From Eledone cirrhosa (Eukaryota): DNA of 64,000 nt. The notes under the pieces are model-generated. The model was not told where the DNA came from. It searched no databases and saw only the letters and a program-made list of their open reading frames with translations. Of this stretch, positions 27,046 to 41,227 are shown piece by piece (the first letter of the stretch is position 1; each line of letters opens with the position of its first letter). Position numbers and translations under genes: made by a program. The stretch lies in assembly GCA_964016885.1 (NCBI GenBank), contig OZ024743.1:59334001-59398000 (forward strand), read 5' to 3'.

Positions 27046-28276
27046 ATATATATATATATTCTTCAATTTCAGGTTTTTATCGGTGCTAGGTGCTATAATA
27101 CGCACGATAGATTCTCCTAGTCTCACATGACACCCACTGCATATATATATTAGCATTAAAAAAATCTTCCCGGTGATTATCTACTTGTAAAAATGTCCAT
27201 ATATTGACATATCTTCTCATGTTTAATAAACATATAATATAGAATATCTTTGGTTTGAAAGTCATGAAATTGACAGTTAAAACCAAAATGCCGGATGCAG
27301 CCGCTTTGAGATGATGTATCGGATTTTTATTTTATTAGAATTCATGTTATTTAACTTGTGAAATAATATTAGCCTGTCAACATTTGAAAACACTCCAATA
27401 CAACATGGATAATGTACAGATTTTTAGAATAAACTATATGCTTTTCCAATGTTTCAACACATTACCGTCGTTTTTAAGATGGGTAACTTAATATTTACAT
27501 CTGCACTGCCTTTCGATTAGCGTAGTCTCCGATTTTATTCTAATGTCCTGTTCACTAACTTCAACCATAACCCCAAACTTCTATATGGAAGTTTTATTAC
27601 TAAACGTTAACACAGTAAGTCTTAGTTGTTGTCAATAAAATATTAAAAAATAATTTATTTGTTGTATCATATAATTTACCGCTTTCATTGCATACATTGT
27701 CTTAGCTGTTCTACCTTCTATATGAAATGTGTAATCTAGAACAACTGACTTTCTGGTTGGTGTGAATACTGGTTAACCCAACCGGTTTATTTGATGGTGT
27801 GAGTGTCAGAGACCCTGTTAAGATTAAAACCAAAAGCTGGCAAACTTTCAGAGAAGTCAAATTCCAATAATATCTAGAGTGAAGGCTATCACCACCAGGT
27901 ATTGTACTTAATGAAACAGAACATAAATCGTTTAGTGCGCAAGGGTAGATAAATGTAAAAGACGGTCAGAGGGGAGGTTGCACAGTGTTCACTAAGCTCT
28001 GGAGATTCATTCCATTGATTTAAAATAACATTTGGTGACACACCGAAAGTTTTCTTCAGTCAGTCTATGTACCTATGTAGATCATTTTTGTTAGTAACTT
28101 AGTTAATTCAGACAACAAATTTTGGAGATAGAATGGGAGAAAAAATTGAACGGAAATAAAAAGAAAACTTTACAATTTGATTTGATATTTCGAGACAATT
28201 TTAAATAAGACATTTATATCAAAACCAAAAGAAATGAGAATGCGATTAATACCGTAAAGTTTCTGGAATAGGTCAA

Positions 28277-28375
<99 letters not shown>

Positions 28376-28406
28376 TATATATATATATATATAATATATG
28401 GATTTG

Positions 28407-28458
<52 letters not shown>

Positions 28459-28463
28459 AATCC

Positions 28464-28611
<148 letters not shown>

Positions 28612-29857
28612 CCGTTATTGCAGCTAGCCGTCTACTAACCCCCAGAAAACACCCTGAACTGAACGATAGCCTGTACCCTTGACTCCTGCCAAACTAAACG
28701 TACTCACACTCCAAATTCGGCAAATAAACCCGGCACAACCCCTTCTTCCAAACTCTGCTTACGCAACCGGAGCGCAATGGCCACGAAATGGGGAAGACAG
28801 ACGTTATCCAGCTGCCGCTGCCATATTACGTAGATTCTATACAATAAAGCCAAAGCTATTTTTATCAGCAGCGACTACGCCTCCATTATGTAATAGGTAG
28901 TGCTCAATCCTCGCCCGTTGTCTCTTGACTTTAATCTCTCAAACTATCCATTTAGATGGCGTAATACCGTGCATCGGGAAATCTAGCTCTTACAACTTCA
29001 CATAAATATTATTTTAAAAATCAATATAGAAAATATCTAAGCCATTATAGAAATAAGTGGAATGAATATATACGTGTATGTGTCTGTGCATGCGTGTGTG
29101 TGTGTGTGTAAAATGTAAACAGCCATAAGAAAGCAAACGACAGAGCGCAGTGAAGAAATATGTTAGTTTAACCCCCGAAATAATAAGAAAACAGTCTTAA
29201 CGTTTCGGAAACTAGTCGTTCATCGGAAGATATAATGATAAATAAAAGATGAAAAAGAAAGACAGAGGGTGAGAAAATTAACGTAAGGACTACTTTGAGT
29301 ATATATTCCAAATTTAAAGTTTTCTTAGGAACTTTCAATGTTTATTTTCAGGCTTTGCTGTCTGATGAGCTGCGGCTAGCATGACTGATAGTCCTCAGTG
29401 TAAAACGTATAACGGAGTTTTAAATAAACCTGAATCAACTAAATATGGCCTCCAATCTTTTATTAATATATCTTGCTTCGACTTGCACCCTTTATACAGG
29501 TCGTTCAGCGCTTCTGTTTATCTGATTCACAACTGATAGACCATAATGTGGTCCGCACATCTCCGTTCGGTTAACCTCTCTCTCTTGAGAGAGAGAGAGA
29601 GGGGGGAGAGGGAGAGAGACAGTCTGCGTTGCTCAGATCGAGGAGATCACTAAACATGGGAGTACTCTGATCACTTCTCTGTCCATATACACTTACCACT
29701 GTCTGCCCCGCCCACATATTCTCAATCAGTACGGTTTACCACTTTGATAAACTCAACCAAAACAATGATATATTTTTTCCCACGTTACAAATATCACTAC
29801 ACACTTGGAAACGCTTGCTGAATACACAAATCTCTCTCACTCACTCTCCCTCTCCCT

Positions 29858-29924
<67 letters not shown>

Positions 29925-29925
<1 letters not shown>

Positions 29926-30510
29926 GCAAACTCCAGCTGCTGAGTCCGACTTGAATCTGGTGTGACAAAGCTCTTTGACATTATCTTCGGAGTCAGACAG
30001 GGTTGCTTTCTCTCTCCGGTGTTGTTCCTGTTGGTAGCCGATTTCGTGCTAAGGCCAACAGAAGAAGGATCCGTTCGAGGAATCCCATGGGCAGGCGAAA
30101 CTTGGAAGAGCACGGCAAAGATAGAGAGACGGCGGAACACTTTCCACCAGTGGTGCCTGCAAAGGATCCTTGGTGTGTCCTAGCGCGACCGAGTATGAAA
30201 CGAAGAAATTCTGCAGAGAGCCGAATCGTGGACGCTATAGAGGATGCTCCCGGATCGCCGGTGCCGGTTGGTTGGCTATGTTCTGCACCTGCTCAATGAA
30301 CGACACTCGAAAACATCGATGAACTGAACTCTACATGGTGGCACACGGAGGCGGGGTGGCCCCAGGATCACCTGGCAATGAACGTTCCGAAAAAACCTGA
30401 TAGCAGCCAGCATCACTTGGTACGGACGCGAAAAAGCCGGCGCTGATCATGATCGATGACGCGTATGTACTGCTCGATGCGCCGAACGGTGCGGAAGAAC
30501 CTAAGACTAA
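29925..30510 (+). mobile_element. Internally deleted RTE-clade LINE fragment
   Basis: GVRQGCFLSPVLFLL (RT motif B) joined to FHQWCLQRILGVS and a C-terminal remnant. Confidence 0.75.
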
Positions 30511-30525
30511 TATGTATATATATAT

Positions 30526-31335
30526 ATAATGTCTCATATAAAATAATACAACCAGCTATCCACGAAATACTGATTAGTTAGCACCTCAAACACTAAATTG
30601 GGATAATACTCAGGTATATCCTAATGTTTGTTGAGTGAGATAGAGTTGGTCGGAGTATCGCTTAAGGCTTCTCTGTTTGAATATATACTCTTGGTGGCCA
30701 GATACGATTTCCAGATATAAGGTATGACTCTCTTTATTATTATTATTTTTCATATTAAATACTGATTGATCTTCCTTGTATCCCATGTCGGATTTAGCCT
30801 TAGAGAATGGCTATGTGTTTATATAGGTGATCCATACATGTATTTATTATGTTTTAATATCTCTATGTGTGCATTGGTTGTGTATACATATGGTTATTCT
30901 TTTAATATCTAATTGAGTTCTTATACACGTGGTTAATACCTAACAGGTTTAAATGACCAGCGTGTATATTGTTTTATTTTAAGATGACCTCCCTTTACCC
31001 TTTTGGGGACTGCGTTTTTTTTTTTATCTTTGGGAGGATTGCTGGATTTTCTAATCTACCAGTCTCTTCTTAGCGCTGAGGGAGACCATCACCATTCTAT
31101 TAATGTCGATATAATTCTCATATCGATATTATTTGGGCATCCACTGATGAGTTTATAAGAGCCCGCTTGTGTATAACACTATGGAATATATACAAGTTTC
31201 TATATATCCTAGAAATTATTTATCCCAAATTGTAGAAATCTTATAACGAAACGGCCGTCTGGAAGGAAAGAGATATTTATTTAATAATGTCTCATATAAA
31301 ATAATACAACGAGCTATCCACGAAATACTGATTAA
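30526..31335 (+). mobile_element. Terminally redundant non-coding element with one HHR (retrozyme or solo pLTR-like)
   Basis: A ~50 bp direct repeat (aatgtctcatataaaataatacaac...gaaatactgatta) at both ends; flanked by (TA)n. Confidence 0.75.
31140..31263 (+). ncRNA. Type I HHR with canonical core and long loop II insert
   Basis: tcca CTGATGA gtttataaga...tcttataac GAAAC ggcc GTC tgga; predicted cleavage after C31259. Confidence 0.85.
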
Positions 31336-31422
<87 letters not shown>

Positions 31423-31927
31423 CTTAATAAATGTAACAACAAATCACTGGAGGCAATTTTTACACTGTTTATTAGGTGGAAGTGGAGGAGGTTTGGATGT
31501 TTCGGACAGAAGTTCTTCTTCAGAACAGTTCGGATAAGGAGAGAGCACGTACACGTAAGGATATAAGAGGAGATTATGGAAGGAAATTGAAAAAAAGCTT
31601 AAGTTACTGTCGATTTGGCAACAGCTCGGCCATCGGTCCTTGACACTCGACTATATATATGTAAAAGTTCTATTTAAATTGTTGGGATACAACAAGCAAA
31701 TATTTTTATAACTGATATAAAGCACTCAACAAATATTTGGAGTAAAAATACGATATTAACAAATGGAAACTATATTTATAAAACCATATTTATTTCATCA
31801 TACATATTTCAAGGACACCAAGTTAAATTATGGTTTGCTTTCATCACATAAAATATAATATAGATCAGTTCTATAAATAAATATTGACATACTTTTAAGA
31901 ATGCAAGCATTACTGTTGGAAGCTCCA

Positions 31928-32067
<140 letters not shown>

Positions 32068-32174
32068 CTGTGTGTGTGTGATTACATTTGGGAAAAGTAA
32101 ATAAGATAAGAAAAAAATCTTTACCTACTTAGTTTGAACGATATCTACACATCATTAATCAATTTGTAAATAAG

Positions 32175-32365
32175 GGCGTTGGATTGGCAGTATCGGTAGA
32201 GGGTCGGACGCCATGCTTTGACGCATAGGGTTACGGCCCTTGTCATTCTGAGTTCAAATGCCGCCGATGTTAAATTTGACTTTCATCCTTACGTGGTCGA
32301 TAAAATAAAGTACCAGTAATACACTGGTTAATTGCTGGCCTTGTGCCAACAGTAGAAACAATTAA
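32175..32365 (+). mobile_element. Nin/Deu-like SINE
   Basis: Close match to 24760-24952. Confidence 0.85.
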
Positions 32366-33554
32366 TTAATTTGGAAATTTCTCCCCTATAGCAGAGTATA
32401 ACAAATGGCTAAATCAGACTGTTTTTTTTCTGGCAGCCTACTATCTGCTATTGTCCACATTCCACTACCCTTCAATTGACCGTTGATCGCGTGATATTTT
32501 TCCATTTGAAATTATCACTCGTAGCGGTTAACAATGAATAATCTTTCTTGAACTTTCTCTTTTATTGGGAAGTTCCCCTGGAAACTGTGTTTCTCACAAT
32601 ACTCATAATATTGCAATTATTCAGCAAATCTGCAGTGGTGACATCAAAGTAATTAGGTAAAGCTCTTTTTCTTATCTTGTTTACCAAATATAATTTATAT
32701 TAATCTCTGAATAAATTGATTTCTGTTAATCTTTCATAGAGCAACACTGGCGTGGCTTGGACGTCCAGATATATATCTATATATCTATAATTGTGTAAAG
32801 ACAGATATATCTTCAATGAATTTATACACATACACACAGGCACACACACACCACACACATATATATATACACATACACACACACATACACACAGACACAG
32901 ACACACACACACACAAACCGCATAACAGTTTCCTCTCTTAAACAAAACCATATTTGATTTATTAGTATTAAATAACACTTTTAACGACACGAATATCACA
33001 TTTCTCCAATAAATCTAATCCCTTGTACAATATAAAAAAAATAGGTACTGCATTACCGTTGACGTAGCGTGATTAAGACGTTAGTTTCGCAATCAATAGC
33101 TCCCTAGTTACAACCCGTTTAAAGTTATTTTACGAGAGTTCTCGACATTCGCTCCATGCTTTTTCAGTGAAACAGTGTAGACGCAAACTATTTGGAGTCC
33201 GGTTTGAAAGCTTATATCTCTAATTCAAAGGGTCAACCATGTCACAAATTGTGTCACTCTGAATATCTCAGAGATTTAAGATAAGGTTATACGTTTGATC
33301 GAAAACAGAAACAATCATCGTCAAAACGACGGAAGTCCATCTATTATATTACCAACAATTATTCTATGACATTATGGAATATAATGAATTATTGCCTCGT
33401 AAAGTCGACAATGTAAATAATTAGAACTTAATGACAATATATATTATATAAAGGACAGTCTCGTGTTATCACTAAATTGGGACATGAATATGGATATATG
33501 TACATATGTATATATGTGTGTATGTATGTATGTATGGATGTATGTATGTATGGG

Positions 33555-34080
33555 AAACTTACAATTAATAATATTTATCTTATTTTTACGTTCAACAAAC
33601 GTCGCTTGTTGGCGTAATTGTTTCGCTGTGAAATAATTTAGCTCTGGGTGCATTTCGTCCCAGTGTAGCTTCATTCTATTCATATAGCCAATGGGGGATT
33701 GTTTTTTGCCATTTTATAACAATTAAATAAGTTCGCAACTCCACGAGATATGCGATTTATAATTTCGGTTTCTTCTGTAGCTACAACTGAATAAAGTTTG
33801 ATTACCTCCTTTGTCATTTGTCTTCGATACTTCCTTAATTTTCTTGTTGATGTTGTGTTCAGCCATGCTGTTTGTAGCAAATCCTTGTAAAATGATTTAT
33901 GTATTTAGTCGGAAATCTCTACGAATTCGAATAAAAGGTGTCTTCAGAAGAGATAGTTAGAAGAATAACCAGTTATTCAACCTGGATGTAGTTGTGGCAT
34001 TACTGTCGGAGATAGTATTCATCTTAAATTTAATAGTCTCCCACGCCAAAATATGCGATTGATCGCGTTGAGTGATGGAA
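33555..34080 (-). pseudogene. Degenerate 5' fragment of a non-LTR retrotransposon (R4/Dong-like N-terminus)
   Basis: WDEMHPELNYFTAKQLRQQA and RRQMTKEVIKLY resemble the N-terminal region of this clade; recalled similarity only. Confidence 0.4.
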
Positions 34081-34224
34081 TGTATGTATGTATGTATGTA
34101 TGTATGTATGTATGTATGTATGTATGTATGTATGTATGTATGTATGTATGTATGTATGTATGTGTGTGTGTGGGGGGGGTGTATGTGTGTGTGTGTGCGT
34201 GCATTTATGTATGTATGCATGATT

Positions 34225-34748
34225 TTTTATGTCAGGTGGCGCTTCAGCACTACTGGTAACATGTAACCCAGTACAACCTGTGCATGGTCGGGTCGTCAGT
34301 GTCTAAACCGGTAACCCCACCAAGCTTGCTTGGTGAGGATGGGGGATTTCGACACCCTACAGGATGAAAATAAAGAACCGTCAAAAGGCGGAGGAACACA
34401 CGAGAGTCAACGGCCATCCAATCAAAAATTTTCTTTTTTTGTGGAGTGAGAGACTTTTTGTCTTTACTAAGACATCTCTCTAGGAGAAAGTTTCTCTAAT
34501 ATAAACCTGCGACTTCGTGTGAATCCAACAATGAGGACCAGTTCTACAGAAAGTGGGATTGGCTCCGTACAAAGCCATTCCTCACTTTAAAAAGATACAC
34601 ACACAGGCATCGCTTGATATGTGACATGTTTCCGATGCACGGCATTGCAGGATTTAAAAGCCACGTCCGTGATGCTCAGGCTTAAGGATTAAGCGACGAC
34701 ATTACTTGAAACCGAGTTGCAGCCAACATCCTTATAGCCACGCAAGCA
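34225..34748 (+). mobile_element. Bipartite non-autonomous RTE-like element
   Basis: Shares gagtcaacggccatcca, ctaggagaa and the terminal AGFKSH remnant and tail with 21004-21438; flanked by (TATG)n. Confidence 0.6.
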
Positions 34749-35074
34749 TGTATGTATGTATGTATGTATGTATGTATGTATGTATGTATGTATGTATGTA
34801 TGTATGTATGTATGTATGTATGTTTATATGTATGTGTTTGCCACAAAGTCTAGAAACTAAATCCGAATCAATGTTTACAACCTGATAGACAGGCCTCTTA
34901 ATTGGAAGTTCTTTACGGGTCTTTAAATCTCTTATGAGTCCAGAGCAGCACTTGCAGATATTGCCGAATACATCGCAAGTAAGTGAGACTGCAATTATGA
35001 ACTTTCCATAGTAACAAATTGAGAAACTCTGCGAATCGCAAACAAATTTAGAAACGCTGGGTTCACTTTGTTTC

Positions 35075-35965
35075 CCTTGCAGGACAGATCTTTTTGTCTT
35101 TGTCCAGTTTATTATTATCTTTGCTTGAAATGATCAACATTGTTCATATAATTTTCTTCTCACACCTTTCTGTCACTAGCCTCCACTTCCCAGTCGTGAA
35201 GGCCGACAACAAGTTGCTGCACCGAGTCTTTGACACACTACTTGAAACGCTTCTTTGGTTTTTGCTGAGGCCTTTTTTACTTCAGCCAGCTCTTTGAAAA
35301 AACACATGCTTGGGTATGCAGCTACTGTCCTAGAAGGCAGTGTTTCTGTATAAAAGCTTTTATACTGAGTGTATCAGCTTGTTCCAGTACTTTGTGTCTT
35401 GAAAATGCGAGAACCAGTGGATGCCCAAAGTTGATCTTAGGCAGCCTAGGTGGAAGTGCTCCAATAATTTTAAATATTTCCTGTAGCCACCCGGAACTCT
35501 CAAGGGTAAAGAAGGCTTGTAAGAACACATGCATTATAAGCCTCTAGCTGTGTTTCCTTTTTCAAGCGTTTCTGAGACCACACACGGTCTCGAATAGCAA
35601 AAAAAAGCGTCAGTGGCTTTCTTTAGTCGTAAAGATATCTGATCATTGGTATGAGAAGCGACGGTTTAACGTACTATCAAGGTAGATAAATTTGAGGTTT
35701 TCCCATCGACGTAAATGAAATATTCTACATAGACTGTGTCTGATGTTAGTTGAAACATTGCAACTGTTATTTCCAGACTCATTGTTAGACCAAAGGACTT
35801 ACATTACTGGCAAAATCTGTCCATGAAATCTCTGCATATCAGTATCAGTGTACGAGACCAGGTCACAGTCATCAGCGTAGAGGAGATCACGGAACATAGT
35901 TAGAAGAAGTTTTGATTTAGTGGCAAAGCAGCCTATGTTAAAGACCATTACTGCACTGCGATATC
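35075..35965 (-). pseudogene. RTE/BovB-like LINE RT fragment
   Basis: FRDLLYADDCDLV catalytic motif and a downstream RLPK motif; several frameshifts. Confidence 0.75.
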
Positions 35966-36524
35966 TTACATAAACACAAACATATATATACATATATACA
36001 TATTTTTTTATGTATATATGTATACTACAAGCAACATTCCCGTATTAGTCCTACATATTTTCTTTAGGAAAGTAAATTCATGGCCTCATCAGTATTTTTT
36101 TTATATTCGCAGATTTGTTGAACATTTGTCGGTAACGATGATATGTGCGCCAGCTTTTAGCAAAATGGATCAGTTTTTTGAAGAAATTAACATGTAAATT
36201 ATCAAATATTCCACACAGATATGTACAGTTAACGTAATTTTCAGAGTAGTTCAGCATGACATAGTGTGTAACATATCTGTTTCTTTGGATTACAGGTACA
36301 ACTCAAATATTTTCAGTTGAAGGGGATAGGAAAAAGCGCGCCACTAGTTCCTTTAGGATAGACAAAACAACTAATTTACTAAGTCTTCACATTCGTACTC
36401 AGATATCTACGTTATAGGTAGTATCCCTTAATCCATTGCATATATCTGTAACTTCTGATGGAATCTTAAGGAAAATATCGTGATATAAGACGTATCTCAC
36501 GCATTTTAAAACTGGCGAAGCCCA

Positions 36525-36897
36525 ACAATAATAAAGCTGACAACCGTATGTATGTAACAAACTTTTCGCCAAACGGCTGGACCAAACGGCACCAGATTTG
36601 CACCATAGATGTAACTTTTTCCAAGTAATAAAGTGAGAGTATTTTTGTCTACTGAATTTTATTAAAACATTAAAGATATTATTTAAATATTCACTTCTTA
36701 AAAATATTCAAATGTGAACACTTCCGGTTATACGACATTCCTCTCTCTTAATCTGTCTTTGTAGATAGATACATAGCTATAACGTCGCGCCCTTATAATA
36801 TGTCTCTGTATGTCTGGCTGTCTGCATTATGAAAACCATTCTGTATATTGACTTCGCTATCTGTGAGTGTGTGGGTATAATATGTATATATAGTGTT

Positions 36898-36944
<47 letters not shown>

Positions 36945-38163
36945 TTAGTATCATAGATAAGAGACAGTTTAATATGTATATTTTATAACAGCATTCCTTT
37001 ATACGTATATATATACATACATAAGCATGTTATTTACAGTGGTATAAAAAAAGTATAATTGTTTCTACTTTTGGCACAAGGCCAGCAATTATTCCAGTAC
37101 ATTACTGGTAATTTATTATATATAATATATCTAATACGACATTCCTCTCTCTTTCTTACTCTGTCTTTTTAGATAGATACATAGCTATAACTTCGCGCGC
37201 TTAAAATATCTGTCTGAATGTCTACCTGTCGGCATTGACTTCGCTTCTAACAAAATTTTAATTAATTATATATATAATTATATATTCGTGTACATATTTT
37301 AAACAATAATACTATACTATATATTTTCAACAGTAATACTATACTATATGCTTTCAACAGTAATACTATACTACACATTTTCAACAGTAATACTGTACTA
37401 TATATTTTCAACAGTAACACTATACTATATATTTTCAACAGTAATACTGTACTGTACTATATATTTTCAACAGTAATACTATAGTATACTATATATTTTC
37501 AACGGTAATACTATACTATGTATTTTCAACAGTAATACTGTACTATATATTTTCAATAGTAATAATATACTATGTATTTTCAACAGTAATACTATAATAT
37601 AGTATATATTTTCAACAGTAATAGTGTACTACATATTTCCAACAGTAATACTGTATTATACAATATATTTTCAACAGTAGTACTGTACTATACTATATAT
37701 TTTCAACAGTAATACTATACTACACTATATGTTTTCAACAGTAATATTATACTATATATTTTTGAACAGTAATACTATATATTTTCAACAGTAATACTAT
37801 ACTATACTATATATTTTCAACAGTAATACTATACTATATATTTTCAACAGTAATACTATACTATATATTTTCAAAAGTAATACTGTACTATATATTTTCA
37901 ACAGTAATACTATACTATATATTTTCAACAGTACTACTGTACTGTACTATATATTTTCCACAGTAATACTATACTATATATTTTCAACAGTAATACTGTA
38001 GTGTACTATATATTTTCAACAGTAATACTATATATTTTCAAGAGTAATACTATACTATATATTTTCAACAGTAATACTATACTGTATATTCTCATCAGTA
38101 ATACTATATTACACAGACGGCTTATCGTCTGTTTATCCAAGCGAAGCTAGGTACGTCAGCTGG
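36525..38163 (+). mobile_element. Probable non-autonomous Helitron containing a minisatellite
   Basis: 5' aataataaagctga...aaacggctggacc and 3' ccaagcgaagctagg hairpin then cagCTGG resemble decayed Helitron termini. Confidence 0.5.
37308..38110 (+). repeat. Minisatellite, 20-30 bp unit tatattttcaacagtaatac(tatac)n, roughly 30 copies
   Basis: Directly visible tandem repeat with a variable 5-mer. Confidence 0.95.
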
Positions 38164-38918
38164 CTGCCGTAGAACACACCAATGGTAGCCTGACGCCTGC
38201 CGGACGGGTCAGATAGTGGCTAATAAATTTGAGAAATAAAAAGAGATGGAAAGAAATAGACTAGTGATATTGAATTGATCTTAAAAGTATAAAATGCATA
38301 TTTTACGTCAGCGGGATTTGAAATGAAAGAACATAGAGCTGGAACAAGTACTGCAAGATCCGACATCGTAACATGTCTGCCAATACACCACGCAGTATTC
38401 CTCACATTTACTATTCAAACCTGATCACAGACAAATCTGAGTCAGCTACATCTTCATTCTTATGATTAACGTTTTATTAATAAAATAACCCGGGAAAACT
38501 TGATTGGTCTAGAATGAAAATTCTGTTACCCACCTTTGTGCTTTTCCTACAAGGGAAAACAATTAATTTTCTTTTTTTTTTATTATCTCATTCAATGTAA
38601 ACGTTTTTTTTCAGAAAATGATATTTTTACTCCCTAGATTTTCTGACTCGGAATCCTGAGTGGCAAGAATATGGCATCGCAAAGATTAATAGACCTTATC
38701 ATTAGCTTATGTAGTGTTTATATATTTGCAGCAATTGCTTCTATCACTCTATCTTTATATGGTTTAAAAAAATAATAGCCCTGATAAAACTATCAGAGAT
38801 AAAAAAAAAAATATTCTGAAAAGTTACACACATACATATACACAGACACAGGCATACACACAAATAGGAACACACACAAGCACACACACAAATAGGAACA
38901 CACACAAGCACACACGCG

Positions 38919-38997
<79 letters not shown>

Positions 38998-39705
38998 AGG
39001 AAGGGAAGGAGAGAAGAGAGTGACAGAGAGTAAAATAGACCGAGAAAGGGAGATTCTCGTTTACTCTTTTATCTGTTCCAACGACAATCACATTTCGTAC
39101 GCTAGGGCGTGATCGTCTTATTATTGACCGGTTCTACCGCTTATTCATCTTTTTAGTTTTAGGTGCCGATGAGATGCATAAGAATATGAAACAAAATAGT
39201 AAACGAAGGGAATATTATAGAAACAGGTGAATTCAAACGTGTTTTTTCTAGTCGAACAGCACACAGAAATGTCAATGTGACATCGCATAATACAGGGATA
39301 TATCCGCATAAGGTCAGCGAAAGAAAGATAAAACAAGAAAAAGGCAGAAAGAAATGACAGAAGGAGAGCATGCGCATAAAAACAGATACGAGGCAAAAAA
39401 ATATGGACACTTGTATTCCTTTGTCATGTATGTACGTTTTAACACGTTTGCATTTATTGTATTGATAAATGCTAGGGACCTAATTTTCATTTGATTTAAC
39501 TATTTGCGTCTCAATATTTATGTATCTTTCTCTCTCAGTTCATTCTCTTTCGTTTTTATCTCTCGCATCTTCTACAATCCACCATACGCAATTGTATTTC
39601 CGAATGTTGGCTACAGAGGGAAAAGTCGCTTGTATTCGTTTGTCGTTTATGTTCGTTTCTGCGTGTGAACTTTATATTGGTAATTGCTACGCGTCTACTT
39701 TGATT

Positions 39706-39782
<77 letters not shown>

Positions 39783-39827
39783 AAGTACGAGGAAAGAATA
39801 GACAAAAATATACCTTTTTTTTTTTTC

Positions 39828-39925
39828 AAAGTGCCGACTGCAGTTTCGCCGAATTCGTTTGCAGCAATATTATTTTTAGAAGTGCATCACCGCTGTGAAT
39901 TTCATAAGGCTTATCAAGAGAATTC
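39828..39925 (-). ncRNA. HHR-like motif, U3-A8 core, weak stem I
   Basis: TTGATAA gcc...ggc GAAAC tgca GTC; related decayed copy at ~53820-53870. Confidence 0.55.
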
Positions 39926-40047
39926 TCAAAAGGACTGGTTCTTGACGCGTTCGTAGCAAGTGAGAAATTCTCTCGAGGTGGAGGGAGAAATTAACACGCG
40001 ATAGAGTGATTACAGACGGGTAATAAAGGTAGACAATAAACGAGTCC

Positions 40048-40103
<56 letters not shown>

Positions 40104-40311
40104 TGGGAGAGAAAGAAGATTGCATAGGTTGCTGGCTTTCTCTAATTCTTTAGATCTTTAGTTCATTTTACCTACAACAGCCTACACCATACTACAGCAC
40201 CAACTTTTAAAGATGTAATAGGTATCTGACCACCCCTCCTCTCTCTCTCTCTCTGTCTCTGTATATATATATACAGATAGAGAGAGAGGGGGGAGAGATA
40301 CCTATTAGTGA

Positions 40312-40430
40312 AGGCATGTGGCTGAGTGGTTAGAGAATTAGATTCGCAATCGTGAGATTGTGAGATCGATTCCCGGACAGGGCGATGCGTTATATCCTTG
40401 AGCAAGACACTTTATTTTACGTGGCTCCTT
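40312..40430 (+). mobile_element. Partial tRNA-derived SINE (second family)
   Basis: tggctgagtggttag A-box, gatcgattccc B-box, and ccttgagcaagacactt. Confidence 0.7.
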
Positions 40431-40553
40431 CTACCTGGAGTTGCGACCGATAGATAGTAGTAGCAATTGGAAAGACCAATGGAAACATTGTTTCCTCGGT
40501 CCGATTTGACGAAAGTCGATCGTTCCTTTTATACATATTTATATATATATTTT

Positions 40554-40605
<52 letters not shown>

Positions 40606-41189
40606 TATCTGTGTATGTATATAAATACCTCTATAACTATATAACACACGTATAAATCCAAAGACACTAATCCAAAGATATGTTTCACCAATAATTTGTT
40701 GAAAGAAATGGGTTAGCCTCGGTTCATCAGCGTGTGTAAGGCTATACATTTCAGATAACACTAAGAGAAAATGTTAAAATTGACTGTCCAGCTAGACATG
40801 GGAGAGAGAAGTTACAGCGTGTTTAAGGGCAGTGAACCAGTGGCCTCTGAGGGACGAACTGCTAGAAAGGGCAGCCCAAAGTCACTCAGAGAAGTGTGCT
40901 CAACCAAACAGAGATAGGAAAGACTGTTAATAGGAGCGAAATATCACGATAAATTAACGGAGGCATAGGCCCTCGCTATTCCCTGTAAATAATGTGCTCA
41001 AAGGAGAAGAAATCCCGAACTCTTTAAAATACAATATGTTGAAAAGGTAAAACATTTATTTACGCTTTAATTTATATTTTTAATTATCGTGTCTATAGTT
41101 TATAGGTTATAGATTCCATACACTGGTTGTTTTTCCCTGTCTTATTGATAACGCACTGTATATCTCTCTCTCTCGGTGAGTTACCTTTT

Positions 41190-41224
<35 letters not shown>

Positions 41225-41227
<3 letters not shown>

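Noticed and set aside
27730-27900. Possible host exon
   Set aside because: Stops or no recognisable motif in the frames examined; no independent support.
37308-38110. CRISPR-like regular repeat
   Set aside because: No unique spacers, no cas genes, eukaryotic context; it is a minisatellite.
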